A stretch of DNA of 63,790 bases, counting the filler, from Lama guanicoe (Eukaryota): the NCBI GenBank assembly GCA_013239625.1. It is 78 parts of 76 records of this genome, joined end to end, with 100 filler letters (N's around TTAATTAATTAA, not from the genome) between each part and the next. Parts side by side here need not be neighbours in the genome. Positions count along the whole stretch, not along the records: positions 12,285 to 13,160 come from MU054315.1; positions 13,261 to 14,313 come from MU054316.1; positions 14,414 to 15,438 come from MU054322.1; positions 15,539 to 16,992 come from MU054325.1; positions 17,093 to 17,332 come from MU054327.1; positions 17,433 to 18,012 come from MU054327.1; positions 18,113 to 18,800 come from MU054329.1; positions 18,901 to 19,421 come from PNXV01006738.1; 70 more parts are not named here. The stretch is one strand, 5' to 3'. This document shows positions 12,285-24,323 of the stretch, piece by piece (position 1 is the first letter of the stretch; each line of letters begins with the position of its first letter). The notes below the pieces were generated by a model. It ran no database searches, was not told where the DNA came from, and was given only the letters and a program-made list of their open reading frames with translations. A program made the position numbers and the translations under genes.

Positions 12285-13160
12285 AACTCCACGCAGCTCT
12301 CTTCAGTCACAGGTGTTCACTGTTCGTGGAAGTGCGAGAAATACATTCCCTGAACTTGGGGAGGCAGCATCAGTCACTGGGATATCCTGCAAACCCCCCT
12401 AACATTCCCTGGCAGAGAGACATTAGGAAAACCCTCAGGGGAGACGAGCTTAGGCTTTCCGTTAGAACCCACGCGCTGCNNNNNNNNNNNNNNNNNNNNN
12501 NNNNNNNNNNNNNNNNNNNNNNNNNNNNNNNNNNNNNNNNNNNNNNNNNNNNNNNNNNNNNNNNNNNNNNNNNNNNNNNNNNNNNNNNNNNNNNNNNNNN
12601 NNNNNNNNNNNNNNNNNNNNNNNNNNNNNNNNNNNNNNNNNNNNNNNNNNNNNNNNNNNNNNNNNNNNNNNNNNNNNNNNNNNNNNNNNNNNNNNNNNNN
12701 NNNNNNNNNNNNNNNNNNNNNNNNNNNNNNNNNNNNNNNNNNNNNNNNNNNNNNNNNNNNNNNNNNNNNNNNNNNNNNNNNNNNNNNNNNNNNNNNNNNN
12801 NNNNNNNNNNNNNNNNNNNNNNNNNNNNNNNNNNNNNNNNNNNNNNNNNNNNNNNNNNNNNNNNNNNNNNNNNNNNNNNNNNNNNNNNNNNNNNNNNNNN
12901 NNNNNNNNNNNNNNNNNNNNNNNNNNNNNNNNNNNNNNNTGGCACAGAGACATTAGGAAAACCGTCAGGGGAGACGAGCATAGGCTTTCCGTTAGAACCC
13001 ACGCGCTGCCGACGGTTGGTCGAACCTCCCCAGGCTCAGGATTCCGGAACCATTGTCAGTGCGTGGGGGAGCTCGAGAGATAACCCCACGCAGCTCTCTT
13101 CAGACACATGTGTTCCCTTCTCGGGGAAGTCCGAGAAATACCTTCCCTGATCTTGGGGAG
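12285..13160 (+). repeat. 266-267-bp satellite, opposite orientation (gap 12480..12939)
   Basis: Reverse complement of the 7757 and 15539 monomers: cagtcacaggtgtt...ttggggaggcagc...gacattaggaaaacc...gaacccacgcgctgccgac. Confidence 0.95.
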
Positions 13161-13260
13161 NNNNNNNNNNNNNNNNNNNNNNNNNNNNNNNNNNNNNNNN
13201 NNNNTTAATTAATTAANNNNNNNNNNNNNNNNNNNNNNNNNNNNNNNNNNNNNNNNNNNN

Positions 13261-13412
13261 AAACTTTGTGTTCCCCTCAAGCTAGGTGAAGGCCGGTTTC
13301 ACACACACTTATGTCTCAAAACTAAGCATGTGGAAAGACGTTCGTTCATCCAGCACAAAGGGAACGGGTTGCAGGAGAAACCCTTACTCTGGTTTCTCAG
13401 TCTGTTTCCTAN
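13261..13412 (+). repeat. ~247-bp satellite, partial monomer
   Basis: aaactttgtgttcccctcaagctaggtgaagg...gcatgtggaaagacgttcgttcatccagcacaaagggaacggg matches the monomers at 43600..44300 and the reverse complement of 39361..39987. Confidence 0.9.
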
Positions 13413-15538
13413 NNNNNNNNNNNNNNNNNNNNNNNNNNNNNNNNNNNNNNNNNNNNNNNNNNNNNNNNNNNNNNNNNNNNNNNNNNNNNNNNNNNNNNNN
13501 NNNNNNNNNNNNNNNNNNNNNNNNNNNNNNNNNNNNNNNNNNNNNNNNNNNNNNNNNNNNNNNNNNNNNNNNNNNNNNNNNNNNNNNNNNNNNNNNNNNN
13601 NNNNNNNNNNNNNNNNNNNNNNNNNNNNNNNNNNNNNNNNNNNNNNNNNNNNNNNNNNNNNNNNNNNNNNNNNNNNNNNNNNNNNNNNNNNNNNNNNNNN
13701 NNNNNNNNNNNNNNNNNNNNNNNNNNNNATATGCCGACACAAAAGAAGAGATTGTAGTAAATATAAAGTGGCTGAAATCAATGTCCGGAAAACCTAGCTA
13801 AGTTTCCTAAATGTCCCTACTTAACTAACCACAGGACTGCCGCATCAAAAATGGGGCAAATAGCACCTTGTGGATTTTTTTTTATTTAATAAATAATGAT
13901 CCACTTCCTACCACCGGCAGTTATGATAAGACTGAGTATAAATTCTTACAACAAATAGTGTAGAAATCATAATTTCTACTTGATTCAAACCACTTCTATA
14001 AAATTTGAATCTTTTTTCTTCAGACGGATTTGTGCCATTTGACCTAGTGATAAAATTTTCAACTGGCTTTTATTAAAAATATTCACCATAGTGAGAGTTT
14101 ATTACATCAACTATTCCTTTATGGGAAACCCTTGTGCCTTGTCACTCTCTTTCATAATATTTCCTGTGGAAAATTCAATCCTTCATTCAGGAAAAGGCTG
14201 AGCAATATTTCTCATGGAAATCCGTCCTAAACTGCAACCCAAGAAAATAAAATTGATACTGAGTAGCCCGTGAAGCCGGCAGACACATGCAGTGCACTGT
14301 TGTGTTCCCGCCTNNNNNNNNNNNNNNNNNNNNNNNNNNNNNNNNNNNNNNNNNNNNTTAATTAATTAANNNNNNNNNNNNNNNNNNNNNNNNNNNNNNN
14401 NNNNNNNNNNNNNTGGGACAACAGTCAAAATTTTTAATATAATATTTATTGATGGACTTTTTCCGTGAAGATGTTGTTGAGTGATTGGATAAAGTAAAAT
14501 TTTTCCTTCAATGGCAAACCCTTTACTGGCTATTAATGTACTTGGGTAGATGCGGAAACAATTCTCTGTGTCTCTGTAATAGTGATTGTCAGAAACTGGC
14601 TATTAATTCAGGAGGAATTTATTAAAATGCAGACTACCAAGATAGAGATGTAGGACATGACGGGTAGGATCCAAATAGTCATAGTAATTGAAAAAAATAA
14701 GAACAGGTGATTTTCAGAATTCTACTAGAGAAATGCATTGTCTGTTTTTATTACTTAATAGTGGAGTTATCTTATATTTGCTAATGTTTCTTTTTTTCCC
14801 CCTTATTTTCTGTCTTCAACAATTTTCTGTGCTTTTGTTAAATCTGATCATCTGATCCTTGGTTTTGTTATTCATACTTTTTTTTCTTAAGTTTGACATA
14901 CTTCTTGTCACCCAGCTTAGATTCTGATTGTTCTTATGCTTACCTAAGTTATGTGCAAAAGAGAAGATTTACTTAGCTATAATAAAATGAGCTAAATCTG
15001 CTTAAAGCCAAGATAGGAAATTAAAAAAAANNNNNNNNNNNNNNNNNNNNNNNNNNNNNNNNNNNNNNNNNNNNNNNNNNNNNNNNNNNNNNNNNNNNNN
15101 NNNNNNNNNNNNNTTCATATCCACAGTGCACATGCAACATCAAAGTTCTGAGCTAAAATAATTTCTTATTAACATTTAAGTAAGATTTTTATCTAATCCA
15201 GACACAGTGAGAGGCAGAAACCAAAGGGGTTTAATAAGCACCTTGTCATTGAAGGTCAGGTTTCTAACAGAGCCCTTAATTAGCATGTGGAACATCTTAG
15301 GGTTGAAAAATCTCTTGCCAAGTGATTTTCTCTTTTGGCCAGTTTACTCATACAGGTGATAGTGTCAAAGAACTTGCGGCTGAAACTTTTTTTACATGTT
15401 CTTTCCATAATAGGGATACATTTTCTGTGCTCATGGATNNNNNNNNNNNNNNNNNNNNNNNNNNNNNNNNNNNNNNNNNNNNTTAATTAATTAANNNNNN
15501 NNNNNNNNNNNNNNNNNNNNNNNNNNNNNNNNNNNNNN

Positions 15539-16992
15539 CGTGGGGAGGTTCCACCAACGGTCGGCAGCACGTGGGTTCCAGCGGAATTCCTTAGCTCGAC
15601 TCCCCTGGGTTTTTTCCTATTGTCTCTGTGCCTGGGAATGCTAGGGGGATTTGCAGGAAATCCCAGTGACAGAGGCTGCCTCCCCAAGGTCAGGGAACAT
15701 ATTTCCAGAATTCCCCCTAACAAGGAACACCTGTGACTGAAGAGAGCTGCGTGGAGTTGTCTCTCGTGCTCCCCACGCACTGACAATCTTTCCGGATTCC
15801 TGAGCGTGGGGAGGTTCCACCAACGGTCGGCAGCACGTGGGTTCCAGCGGAATTCCTTAGCTCGACTCCCCTGGGTTTTTTCCTATTGTCTCTGTGCCAG
15901 GGAATGCTAGGGGGGTTTGCAAGTAATCCCAGTGACAGAGGCTGCCTCCCCAAGGTCAGGGAACATATTTCCAGAATTCCCCCTAACAAGGAACACCTGT
16001 GACTGAAGAGAGCTGCGTGGAGTTGTCTCTCGTGCTCCCCACGCACTGACAATCTTTCCGGATTCCTGAGCGTGGGGAGGTTCCACCAAAGGTCGGCAGC
16101 GCGTGGGTTCTAACGGAATGCATAAGCTCGTCTCCCGTGGGTTTCTTCCTAATGTCTATGTGCCAGGGAATGCTAGGGGGGTTTGCAGGCAATCCCAGTG
16201 ACAGAGGCTGCCTCCCCAAGGTTAGGGAAGATATTTCTTGGACTTCCCCGTTCAGGGAACACCTGTGACTGAAGAGAGCTGCGTGGAGTNNNNNNNNNNN
16301 NNNNNNNNNNNNNNNNNNNNNNNNNNNNNNNNNNNNNNNNNNNNNNNNNNNNNNNNNNNNNNNNNNNNNNNNNNNNNNNNNNNNNNNNNNNNNNNNNNNN
16401 NNNNNNNNNNNNNNNNNNNNNNNNNNNNNNNNNNNNNNNNNNNNNNNNNNNNNNNNNNNNNNNNNNNNNNNNNNNNNNNNNNNNNNNNNNNNNNNNNNNN
16501 NNNNNNNNNNNNNNNNNNNNNNNNNNNNNNNNNNNNNNNNNNNNNNNNNNNNNNNNNNNNNNNNNNNNNNNNNNNNNNNNNNNNNNNNNNNNNNNNNNNN
16601 NNNNNNNNNNNNNNNNNNNNNNNNNNNNNNNNNNNNNNNNNNNNNNNNNNNNNNNNNNNNNNNNNNNNNNNNNNNNNNNNNNNNNNNNNNNNNNNNNNNN
16701 NNNNNNNNNNNNNNNNNNNNNNNNNNNNNNNNNNNNNNNNNNNNNNNNNNNNNNNNNNNNNNNNNNNNNNNNNNNNNNNNNNNNNNNNNNNNNNNNNNNN
16801 NNNNNNNNNNNNNNNNNNNNNNNNNNNNNNNNNNNNNNNNNNNNNNNNNNNNNNNNNNNNNNNNNNNNNNNGGTCGGCAGCGTGTGGGGTCTAATGGAAT
16901 GCCTAAGCTCGACTCCCCTTGTATTTTTCGTAATATCTCTGTACCAGGGAATGCTAGGGGGGTTTGAAGGCAATCCCAGTAACAGAGGCTGC
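15539..16992 (-). repeat. 266-bp satellite array (gap 16290..16871)
   Basis: cgtggggaggttccacca at 15539, 15805 and 16071: period exactly 266 bp. Confidence 0.98.
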
Positions 16993-17092
16993 NNNNNNNN
17001 NNNNNNNNNNNNNNNNNNNNNNNNNNNNNNNNNNNNTTAATTAATTAANNNNNNNNNNNNNNNNNNNNNNNNNNNNNNNNNNNNNNNNNNNN

Positions 17093-17332
17093 GTATTCTA
17101 TATTCTAAATTCTGTGTTCTGCATTCTATATTCTAAATTCTCTATTCTATATTCTACATTCTGTGTTCTGCTTTCTATATTCTAAATACTATATTCAGTG
17201 TTCTGTAGTCTGTATTCTAAATTCTGAGTTCTGCATTCCATGTTCTAAATTCTATATTCAGAATTCTGTATTCTCTATTCTACATTTTGTGTTCTGCATT
17301 CTATATTTTACATTCTATATTCAGTTTACTTT
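17093..17332 (+). repeat. 7-bp-period satellite
   Basis: Phased TTCnnnn heptamers. Confidence 0.95.
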
Positions 17333-17432
17333 NNNNNNNNNNNNNNNNNNNNNNNNNNNNNNNNNNNNNNNNNNNNTTAATTAATTAANNNNNNNNNNNN
17401 NNNNNNNNNNNNNNNNNNNNNNNNNNNNNNNN

Positions 17433-18012
17433 ACATTCTATATTCTAAATTCTACATTCAGTAACCTGTATTCTATATTCTAAATTATGTGTTCTGCATT
17501 CCATGTTCTATATTCTGGGTTCTATATTCTGTTTTCCATATTTTATATTCTGTGTTCTAAATTCTATATTCAGTATTCTGTATTATATAATTTAAATTCT
17601 GAGTTCTTCATACGATGTTCTAAATTCTGACTTCTATATTCCATATTTTATATTCTATATTTTGTGTTCCTCATTCTATATTCTACGTTGTCTATTCTGC
17701 ATTCCGTATTCTATATTCTTTATACGGTGTTCTACATTCTATATTCTAAATTCTATATTCAGTATTCTGTATTCTATATTCTAAATTCTGTTTTCTACTT
17801 TTTAATCTAATTTCTATATACTAAATTCTATATTCAGTATTCTGTATTCTATATTCTAAATTCTGTGTTCTGCTTTCCATGTTCAAAACTCTGGGTTCTA
17901 AATTCTCTATTCTATATTCTAAATTTTGTGTATTTAATTCGATATACTACACTCTATATTCTTTATTAGGTATTCTATATTCTATATTCTGTATTATACA
18001 TTCTATATTCTA
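17433..18012 (+). repeat. 7-bp-period satellite
   Basis: Phased TTCnnnn heptamers, including the ordered block TTCTAAA TTCTATA TTCAGTA TTCTGTA. Confidence 0.96.
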
Positions 18013-19521
18013 NNNNNNNNNNNNNNNNNNNNNNNNNNNNNNNNNNNNNNNNNNNNTTAATTAATTAANNNNNNNNNNNNNNNNNNNNNNNNNNNNNNNN
18101 NNNNNNNNNNNNATACTCTCAGTGCACTATTTCTATACTTTTTCCATGACTATAGATTAATGCCTCCTAGAGTTGGTCCTATTTAATCTTTTCCCAGAAT
18201 ATCCCTAATACTGCAAATTCAAACTTCCCTCCTCATTATTTTATTTGTATATTTGTGTATATTTCTGGAAGAACAATACGATCACCTTTCAGAAATTTTT
18301 CTTAAATCCATTTTGGATTATTGACTAAATTTGCATTCAGATTCTAAATTTACTTTGGAGAAATAATGTTCTATGTCCCCCAAGCTTGAGTCTGCCCAAT
18401 GAAGAGTATGGTGCATTCTACTGCTCATTCAATCATCATATTTTTTTNNNNNNNNNNNNNNNNNNNNNNNNNNNNNNNNNNNNNNNNNNNNNNNNNNNNN
18501 NNNNNNNNNNNNNNNNNNNNNNNNNNNNNNNNNNNNNNNNNNNNNNNNNNNNNNNNNNNNNNNNNNNNNNNNNNNNNNNNNNNNNNNNNNNNNNNNNNNN
18601 NNNNNNNNNNNNNNNNNNNNNNNNNNNNNNNNNNNNNNNNNNNNNNNNNNNNNNNNNNNNNNNNNNNNNNNNNTTTCTGCTACTGCCCCCTGTAGGCAGA
18701 TGAGTTCATGTAGGGTTAGGTGGGTTATGGACACAGATACTGATATCACTGCTGCCACACTGCTGACTCTGTGGCATGACTAACTCTGGTTCTTTTCTTG
18801 NNNNNNNNNNNNNNNNNNNNNNNNNNNNNNNNNNNNNNNNNNNNTTAATTAATTAANNNNNNNNNNNNNNNNNNNNNNNNNNNNNNNNNNNNNNNNNNNN
18901 ATTAGTGCACAAAACACTTGCCTTAAAATGCCATATTATACTAACAATGTCAACTTTTTCTGGACTGAGAAACATATTGCTTCCTAAAATGCAACACCTG
19001 GTCTTTTCCACCCCAAACGACATATAGTGTTACATCTTTGTTTTTTGATTGTTTATTTGCCCCAAAATGGAGGCAACGTTTATCGAACCCAGGATCTTTT
19101 GCATAAGTCTATTTTTCAATATCGTTTTGGAACACTTAACAGAAACCCCAAGAGTATGTACTACAAAGATGACAAGAAAATTTACTACTTCTAGGAACTG
19201 ATAAACTTCTGAGTGAAAGAATTGCAAACAAAAAAACATTTGTAAATATACAATAAGATTGTCTCTTTTGCATTTTTAATATGAATATTAAATTACATTG
19301 GTTTTAATTATAGCACTGAATTACAGTTTAAAACAAAATTTCCCCTTGTGGGATTTTAAATTTGATTGATTCGATTAATCTAAATTTATTTCATAAATAT
19401 TAACCATTTATTTATAAACATNNNNNNNNNNNNNNNNNNNNNNNNNNNNNNNNNNNNNNNNNNNNTTAATTAATTAANNNNNNNNNNNNNNNNNNNNNNN
19501 NNNNNNNNNNNNNNNNNNNNN

Positions 19522-20038
19522 TGTATAATTCTTTCACTTCCTTGGTTAGATTTATTCCTAGGTATTTTATCACTTTCGGTGCTATTTTAAAGGGGATTGT
19601 TTCTTTACTTTCTTCTTCTGTTGATTCATCATTAGTGTAAAGAAATGCAACTGATTTTTGAACGTTAATCTTGTAACCTGCTACCTTGCTGAATTCTTCG
19701 ATCAGCTCTAGTAGTTTTTGTGTGGACCCTTTAGGATTTTCTATATATAGTATCATGTTATTGGAATACAGTGACACTTTTACCTCTTCTTTTTCAATTT
19801 GGATCCCTTTTATTTCTCTCATCTCTCTCTTGCCTGATTGCTGTGGCTAGGACTTCCAGGACTATGTTTAATAGGGGTGGTGATAGTGGGCATCCTTGTC
19901 TTGTCCCAGATTTTAGTGGGAAGCTTTGGAGTTTTTCACCTTTGAGTACTATGCTGGCTGTAGTTTTTGTCACATATAGCTTTTATTACGTTGAGATATG
20001 TTCCCTCTATACCCACTTTGGCAAGAGTTTTATCATAA
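19522..20038 (-). mobile_element. L1 ORF2 reverse-transcriptase fragment, inactivated
   Basis: Translates to [62 protein letters not shown]. The catalytic (F/Y)ADD motif has decayed to YSNN. Confidence 0.95.
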
Positions 20039-20661
20039 NNNNNNNNNNNNNNNNNNNNNNNNNNNNNNNNNNNNNNNNNNNNTTAATTAATTAANNNNNN
20101 NNNNNNNNNNNNNNNNNNNNNNNNNNNNNNNNNNNNNNATACTCCAGAACGCATGTGAACAAGTGAAGTTTGGTGGACTAAAACACACAAAGGAGGCTGA
20201 CCTGAGGAAAGAGCAGATTTGGTGTCTGCAACCAAGGCCACCTGAATAGGATATCTGAGTCCACAAGTTCAGAGAACGCAGTAGAAACAGAGTTTCAGTG
20301 GTTCACAGCTTCAGCCTCCAACTGTACCAGTACTCATGATCACAGGTAACAGAGGGAGCCACAATGGAGACAGAATTTCCATCCTTCAGACACTCAGACA
20401 TTTATGAAACTGTCCCTACTCCCCATTCATAGTGGTGGAGACAATTTACCTTGCAACACTGGACATGGCAAAGGCACTTGTATGATTCCAACTACCCATC
20501 TGTCTTTACAAATTTCCTCAATGTGTACACTGATTCTGAAGGGATATCAGATAAAAGGAAGNNNNNNNNNNNNNNNNNNNNNNNNNNNNNNNNNNNNNNN
20601 NNNNNTTAATTAATTAANNNNNNNNNNNNNNNNNNNNNNNNNNNNNNNNNNNNNNNNNNNN

Positions 20662-20832
20662 CCTGGGCCTGCTCTCACCTGGGCCTGCCCTCGCCTGGAC
20701 CTGCCCACTATCTCCTGGGGCTGCCCTCTCCTGGTCCTGCCCTCTCCTGGTCCTACCCTCACCTGGGCCTGCCCTCTCCTGGCCTGCCCACACCTGGGCC
20801 TGCCTTCTCCTGGTCTTGCCCTCTCCCTCCTG
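20662..20832. repeat. GC-rich 16-bp minisatellite (consensus CCTGGGCCTGCCCTCT), about 10 copies
   Basis: cctgggcctgctctca cctgggcctgccctcg ... cctggtcctgccctct cctggtcctaccctca cctgggcctgccctct ... Confidence 0.92.
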
Positions 20833-20834
20833 GG

Positions 20835-21215
20835 GAAGTAAGCCAGAAAGAGAAAGAAAAATACCATTTGAGATCACTCACATATGGAATCTAAAAAAAA
20901 AACAACAAAATAGTAACAGACTCATAGACACAGAATACAAACTTGTGGTTGCCAAGGGGGTGGGGGTGGGAAAGGACAGACTGGGAATTCAAAATCTGTA
21001 GATACTGACAGGCACATGTAGAATAGATAAACAAGATTATACTGTATAGCACAGGGAAATACACACAAGGTCTTATGGTAGCTCACAAGGAAAAAAAATA
21101 TGACAATGAATATATGTATGTTCATGTATAACTGAAAAATTGTGCTCAACACTGGAAATTGACACAACATTGTAAACTGACTATAAGTCAATAAAAAAAA
21201 TGTTAAAAAAAAAAA
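20835..21215 (+). mobile_element. 5'-truncated young L1 3' end with polyA signal and A-tail
   Basis: gaagtaagccagaaagagaaagaaaaatacc...ggaatctaaaa...actgtatagcacagggaaat...gacacaacattgtaaactgactataagtcAATAAAaaaaatgttaaaaaaaaaaa. Confidence 0.92.
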
Positions 21216-22379
21216 GTGCTCCATGCAGACCTATGGTTACATGCTGATCTTTTAAATCTTTTAGGAGAATAGGTTGGAACCTAAATGTACAGACTGGGAG
21301 AGAAAGGGATTTCAACTACTCTGACCAAGCCCTCCCATTTCAAAAGTGCCCAGTTGGTGAGAAGACCCACCGCAGGGCAGGAGACGGGAAGGAACCTCCT
21401 TAACAAAGGTCCCAGATGAGAAAACGGCCCAGTGACACTCAGCCCAGAGGGCCTTCAGCCTGAATGTCAACATGGAGAACCCGGGCAGAAGTAGGCGTGA
21501 GCCCTTCCCTCACCNNNNNNNNNNNNNNNNNNNNNNNNNNNNNNNNNNNNNNNNNNNNTTAATTAATTAANNNNNNNNNNNNNNNNNNNNNNNNNNNNNN
21601 NNNNNNNNNNNNNNTGTGTAAATATAAGCCTACAGCTTAAACTAGAGGAGAAATATATCAGAATTCTATATGGAACTCATTTCTACCTTCCTGAAATCAC
21701 ACACACAGTCATTCACACAGACACAGACATATTCCCCCTGGATTACTGGGCACTTCACAAGCTTAGGACTTACAACTTCTAGAAGATAACTTTTTAGTTA
21801 GTTTAAAATACAAAACTGTCAGCTTTTGAAAGCCTTGATCATCTGCATGATCATCTGCTAAACCATCCAAATATCAAAGAGACCCAATTAGCCTTCTCTG
21901 TAGAATGTAATTCCCCTTGATGGCAAAACAGACCCTAAGAAGTACTGGATCCAAGTCTCGTGCTTATCACTAGCTATGATCATCTTTAAGCACATTAACA
22001 GATTCAGAAATATATGTCCAAACAACATATATTCTTATTGAAATAGTATACGTGTTCAATTNNNNNNNNNNNNNNNNNNNNNNNNNNNNNNNNNNNNNNN
22101 NNNNNTTAATTAATTAANNNNNNNNNNNNNNNNNNNNNNNNNNNNNNNNNNNNNNNNNNNNAATGAAAAATAAACATGGCTATCCCTGCAGCAGTCCTGA
22201 GGCTGGGAGCAGCCCCCAGTCCCCCTCCCCCAGGAGCCAGTGCGCAGGCGTGAGCAGAGGCAGGTGTGAGGGCTGCGGGGAAGGGGATTCACCCCTGAAC
22301 TGGGTGGGTTCCTGGGAGGCCCTGGGTCATGACAAGGAAGTTGAAGACTGAGTGGCTCACTGACTATGTGACCCTCCTG

Positions 22380-22800
22380 GCGGCCGGGGAGAAGCACAGA
22401 GGCTGGTAAGTGCAGCCCTGCCTGTCGCTCCTCCCCGCCCGCCTGCGCGCCAGCAAGGGGCCCGGCTCTCCAGCTGCCAGGCCGCGATCCTACCCGGGTC
22501 CTCGGCTCCGAACCAGTCGCAGCCGCTCCGCTGTCGGCAGCTTAAGGCCTTTGGGCTCGGGCCACGAAGGCGGGCGTTGCGTGGAGGGCGTCCCTCCTGC
22601 GCGCGCCCCGGGCCCACAGGGCAGCGGGCCGTCCCCTCGGGCGCCTGCGGTGGCGGTGGGGGCGGGGAGGGACCTGGCCTGGGGCTGCGGGACCCGGACT
22701 TGGCCACTGGCCCCGAGGTTCGCGGGCTCTGGACCGGGCGGCCGCCTGATAGGAGCCACAAAGTCAGGGCCGCGGGGCTCAAGTCTCCCCTCGATGTGTC
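22380..22800. promoter_or_regulatory. CpG-island-like segment with GC boxes and a consensus splice donor (possible first exon/intron boundary)
   Basis: Dense CpG; GGGGCGGGG near 22659 and CCCCGCCC near 22433; CTG|GTAAGT donor with GT at 22406-22407. Confidence 0.65.
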
Positions 22801-23510
22801 CAGAGCTGTGATGTTGCCTTTGGGCTCTGGTTGCGCATAGATGGTGGGTGAGGAAACCGCATGATGTCCCTGGACCACCAGCTGCCTGGAGAGCGTATTC
22901 AGATAGCACTTCTTAAAAGACNNNNNNNNNNNNNNNNNNNNNNNNNNNNNNNNNNNNNNNNNNNNTTAATTAATTAANNNNNNNNNNNNNNNNNNNNNNN
23001 NNNNNNNNNNNNNNNNNNNNNCCCTGGTGCTACTTGTACCTGAGACTCCCTGGTCCCCTGCTTTCCTTTAATCTGTTCAGGAAGATATTGACCCCCGTTG
23101 ACCAGGCTAAGTTGAATTTCTGACACTTTCAGCCAAAAAATACTGATGAATATCACAAGGTTTTACTTCTCTAGAAATAACAAAGTGTTTTTATTTATCC
23201 GAATAGTAGAGCCCATGTGAAGTAAAAGCCCTATTTATCAAGAGCATTTTTGGTTTTACAACTCTGTCCAATCATGTTTCTACCGGAAATCTGGATCCTG
23301 GAGGGGATGCGAGGTCTCAAGCAACCCCAAGGCTGCTGTGTCTGCAGGTGGAGAAGCTGCGATGCCTCTGCTGCTGGAGACGTTTAGAGACAGTGAGCAC
23401 TCCACTCACANNNNNNNNNNNNNNNNNNNNNNNNNNNNNNNNNNNNNNNNNNNNTTAATTAATTAANNNNNNNNNNNNNNNNNNNNNNNNNNNNNNNNNN
23501 NNNNNNNNNN

Positions 23511-24323
23511 TTAGGAAGATCATCTCCTAATAGATATAGGAATCTAAAGATATTTTAAGAATTTTAAAGAGAAAAAAATTTACCTAAATCTGTACAGCAG
23601 AAATCCATGTCAAGCCCTTGACGTGGCTTTCCTGGCCTTAGAAAACCTTATTAACTTTCTACCCCTAGACTCCTTATTAAAAGTTCCAACACAGCCAATT
23701 TAAAAAAGCCTATATGATCAAATAATCAGAATTAACTTGTAAACAAATTAATCCTTATTTGGCTATATTTGAGAAAAATGATGGTCACTTTATAGAGAAA
23801 AAAGTTTATATATTAGTGGATATTAAACTCTAGTTTCGTTAATTGAGGTCTATACTTAGAAAGACACTTCCCAGATCATTCCTTGCTGTTATGTGACATT
23901 GCTGAAAAGTTTAATTGAATTATTGAAAGGATACCCTAGCTTTGTTTCTGAAGCTCAGTAATCTAACTTTGGGTAAAGTTCCAAAGCCCCATGACATGCA
24001 GCCAGGGGATTATACATACTGGAACAGGCATGACTTAAAGAACTGTCTACAACCTGAATGGAAGGTCCCTTTATCAGGTACTCTTAACTAGACCATACAC
24101 ATCAAAACTGAAGGAAACGGACATTCAGAATCATTTCCTATAAGAAACATCCCCTGCAGTGCAATGGCCAATAGAGCACTGCTCACCTTTAAGCAGTGCC
24201 CAATTGGAGAAAAAGCTACCAGGCCTGGATGAGAAGAAGACAACATCTGAGGTACACAGCTGACCCAAGACACTGGACCAGGCCTGTATACCAATTACTG
24301 TGGTAATTTCTCCTACCTTTGAT
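23511..24323 (+). mobile_element. ERV1 (gamma-like) internal segment with degenerate integrase C-terminus
   Basis: From 23990 reads HDMQPGDYTYWNRHDLKNCLQPEWK, then after a 1-nt frameshift YQVLLT: the QPGD...W(K)GPYQVLLT integrase module. Paralogous to 41573..42414. Confidence 0.85.

Noticed and set aside
22357..22909. Overlapping 130-170 aa ORFs in the CpG island (similarly 50232..50833 and 53956..54464)
   Set aside because: Expected in GC-rich DNA; several frames on both strands are open and none resembles a protein family I recognise.
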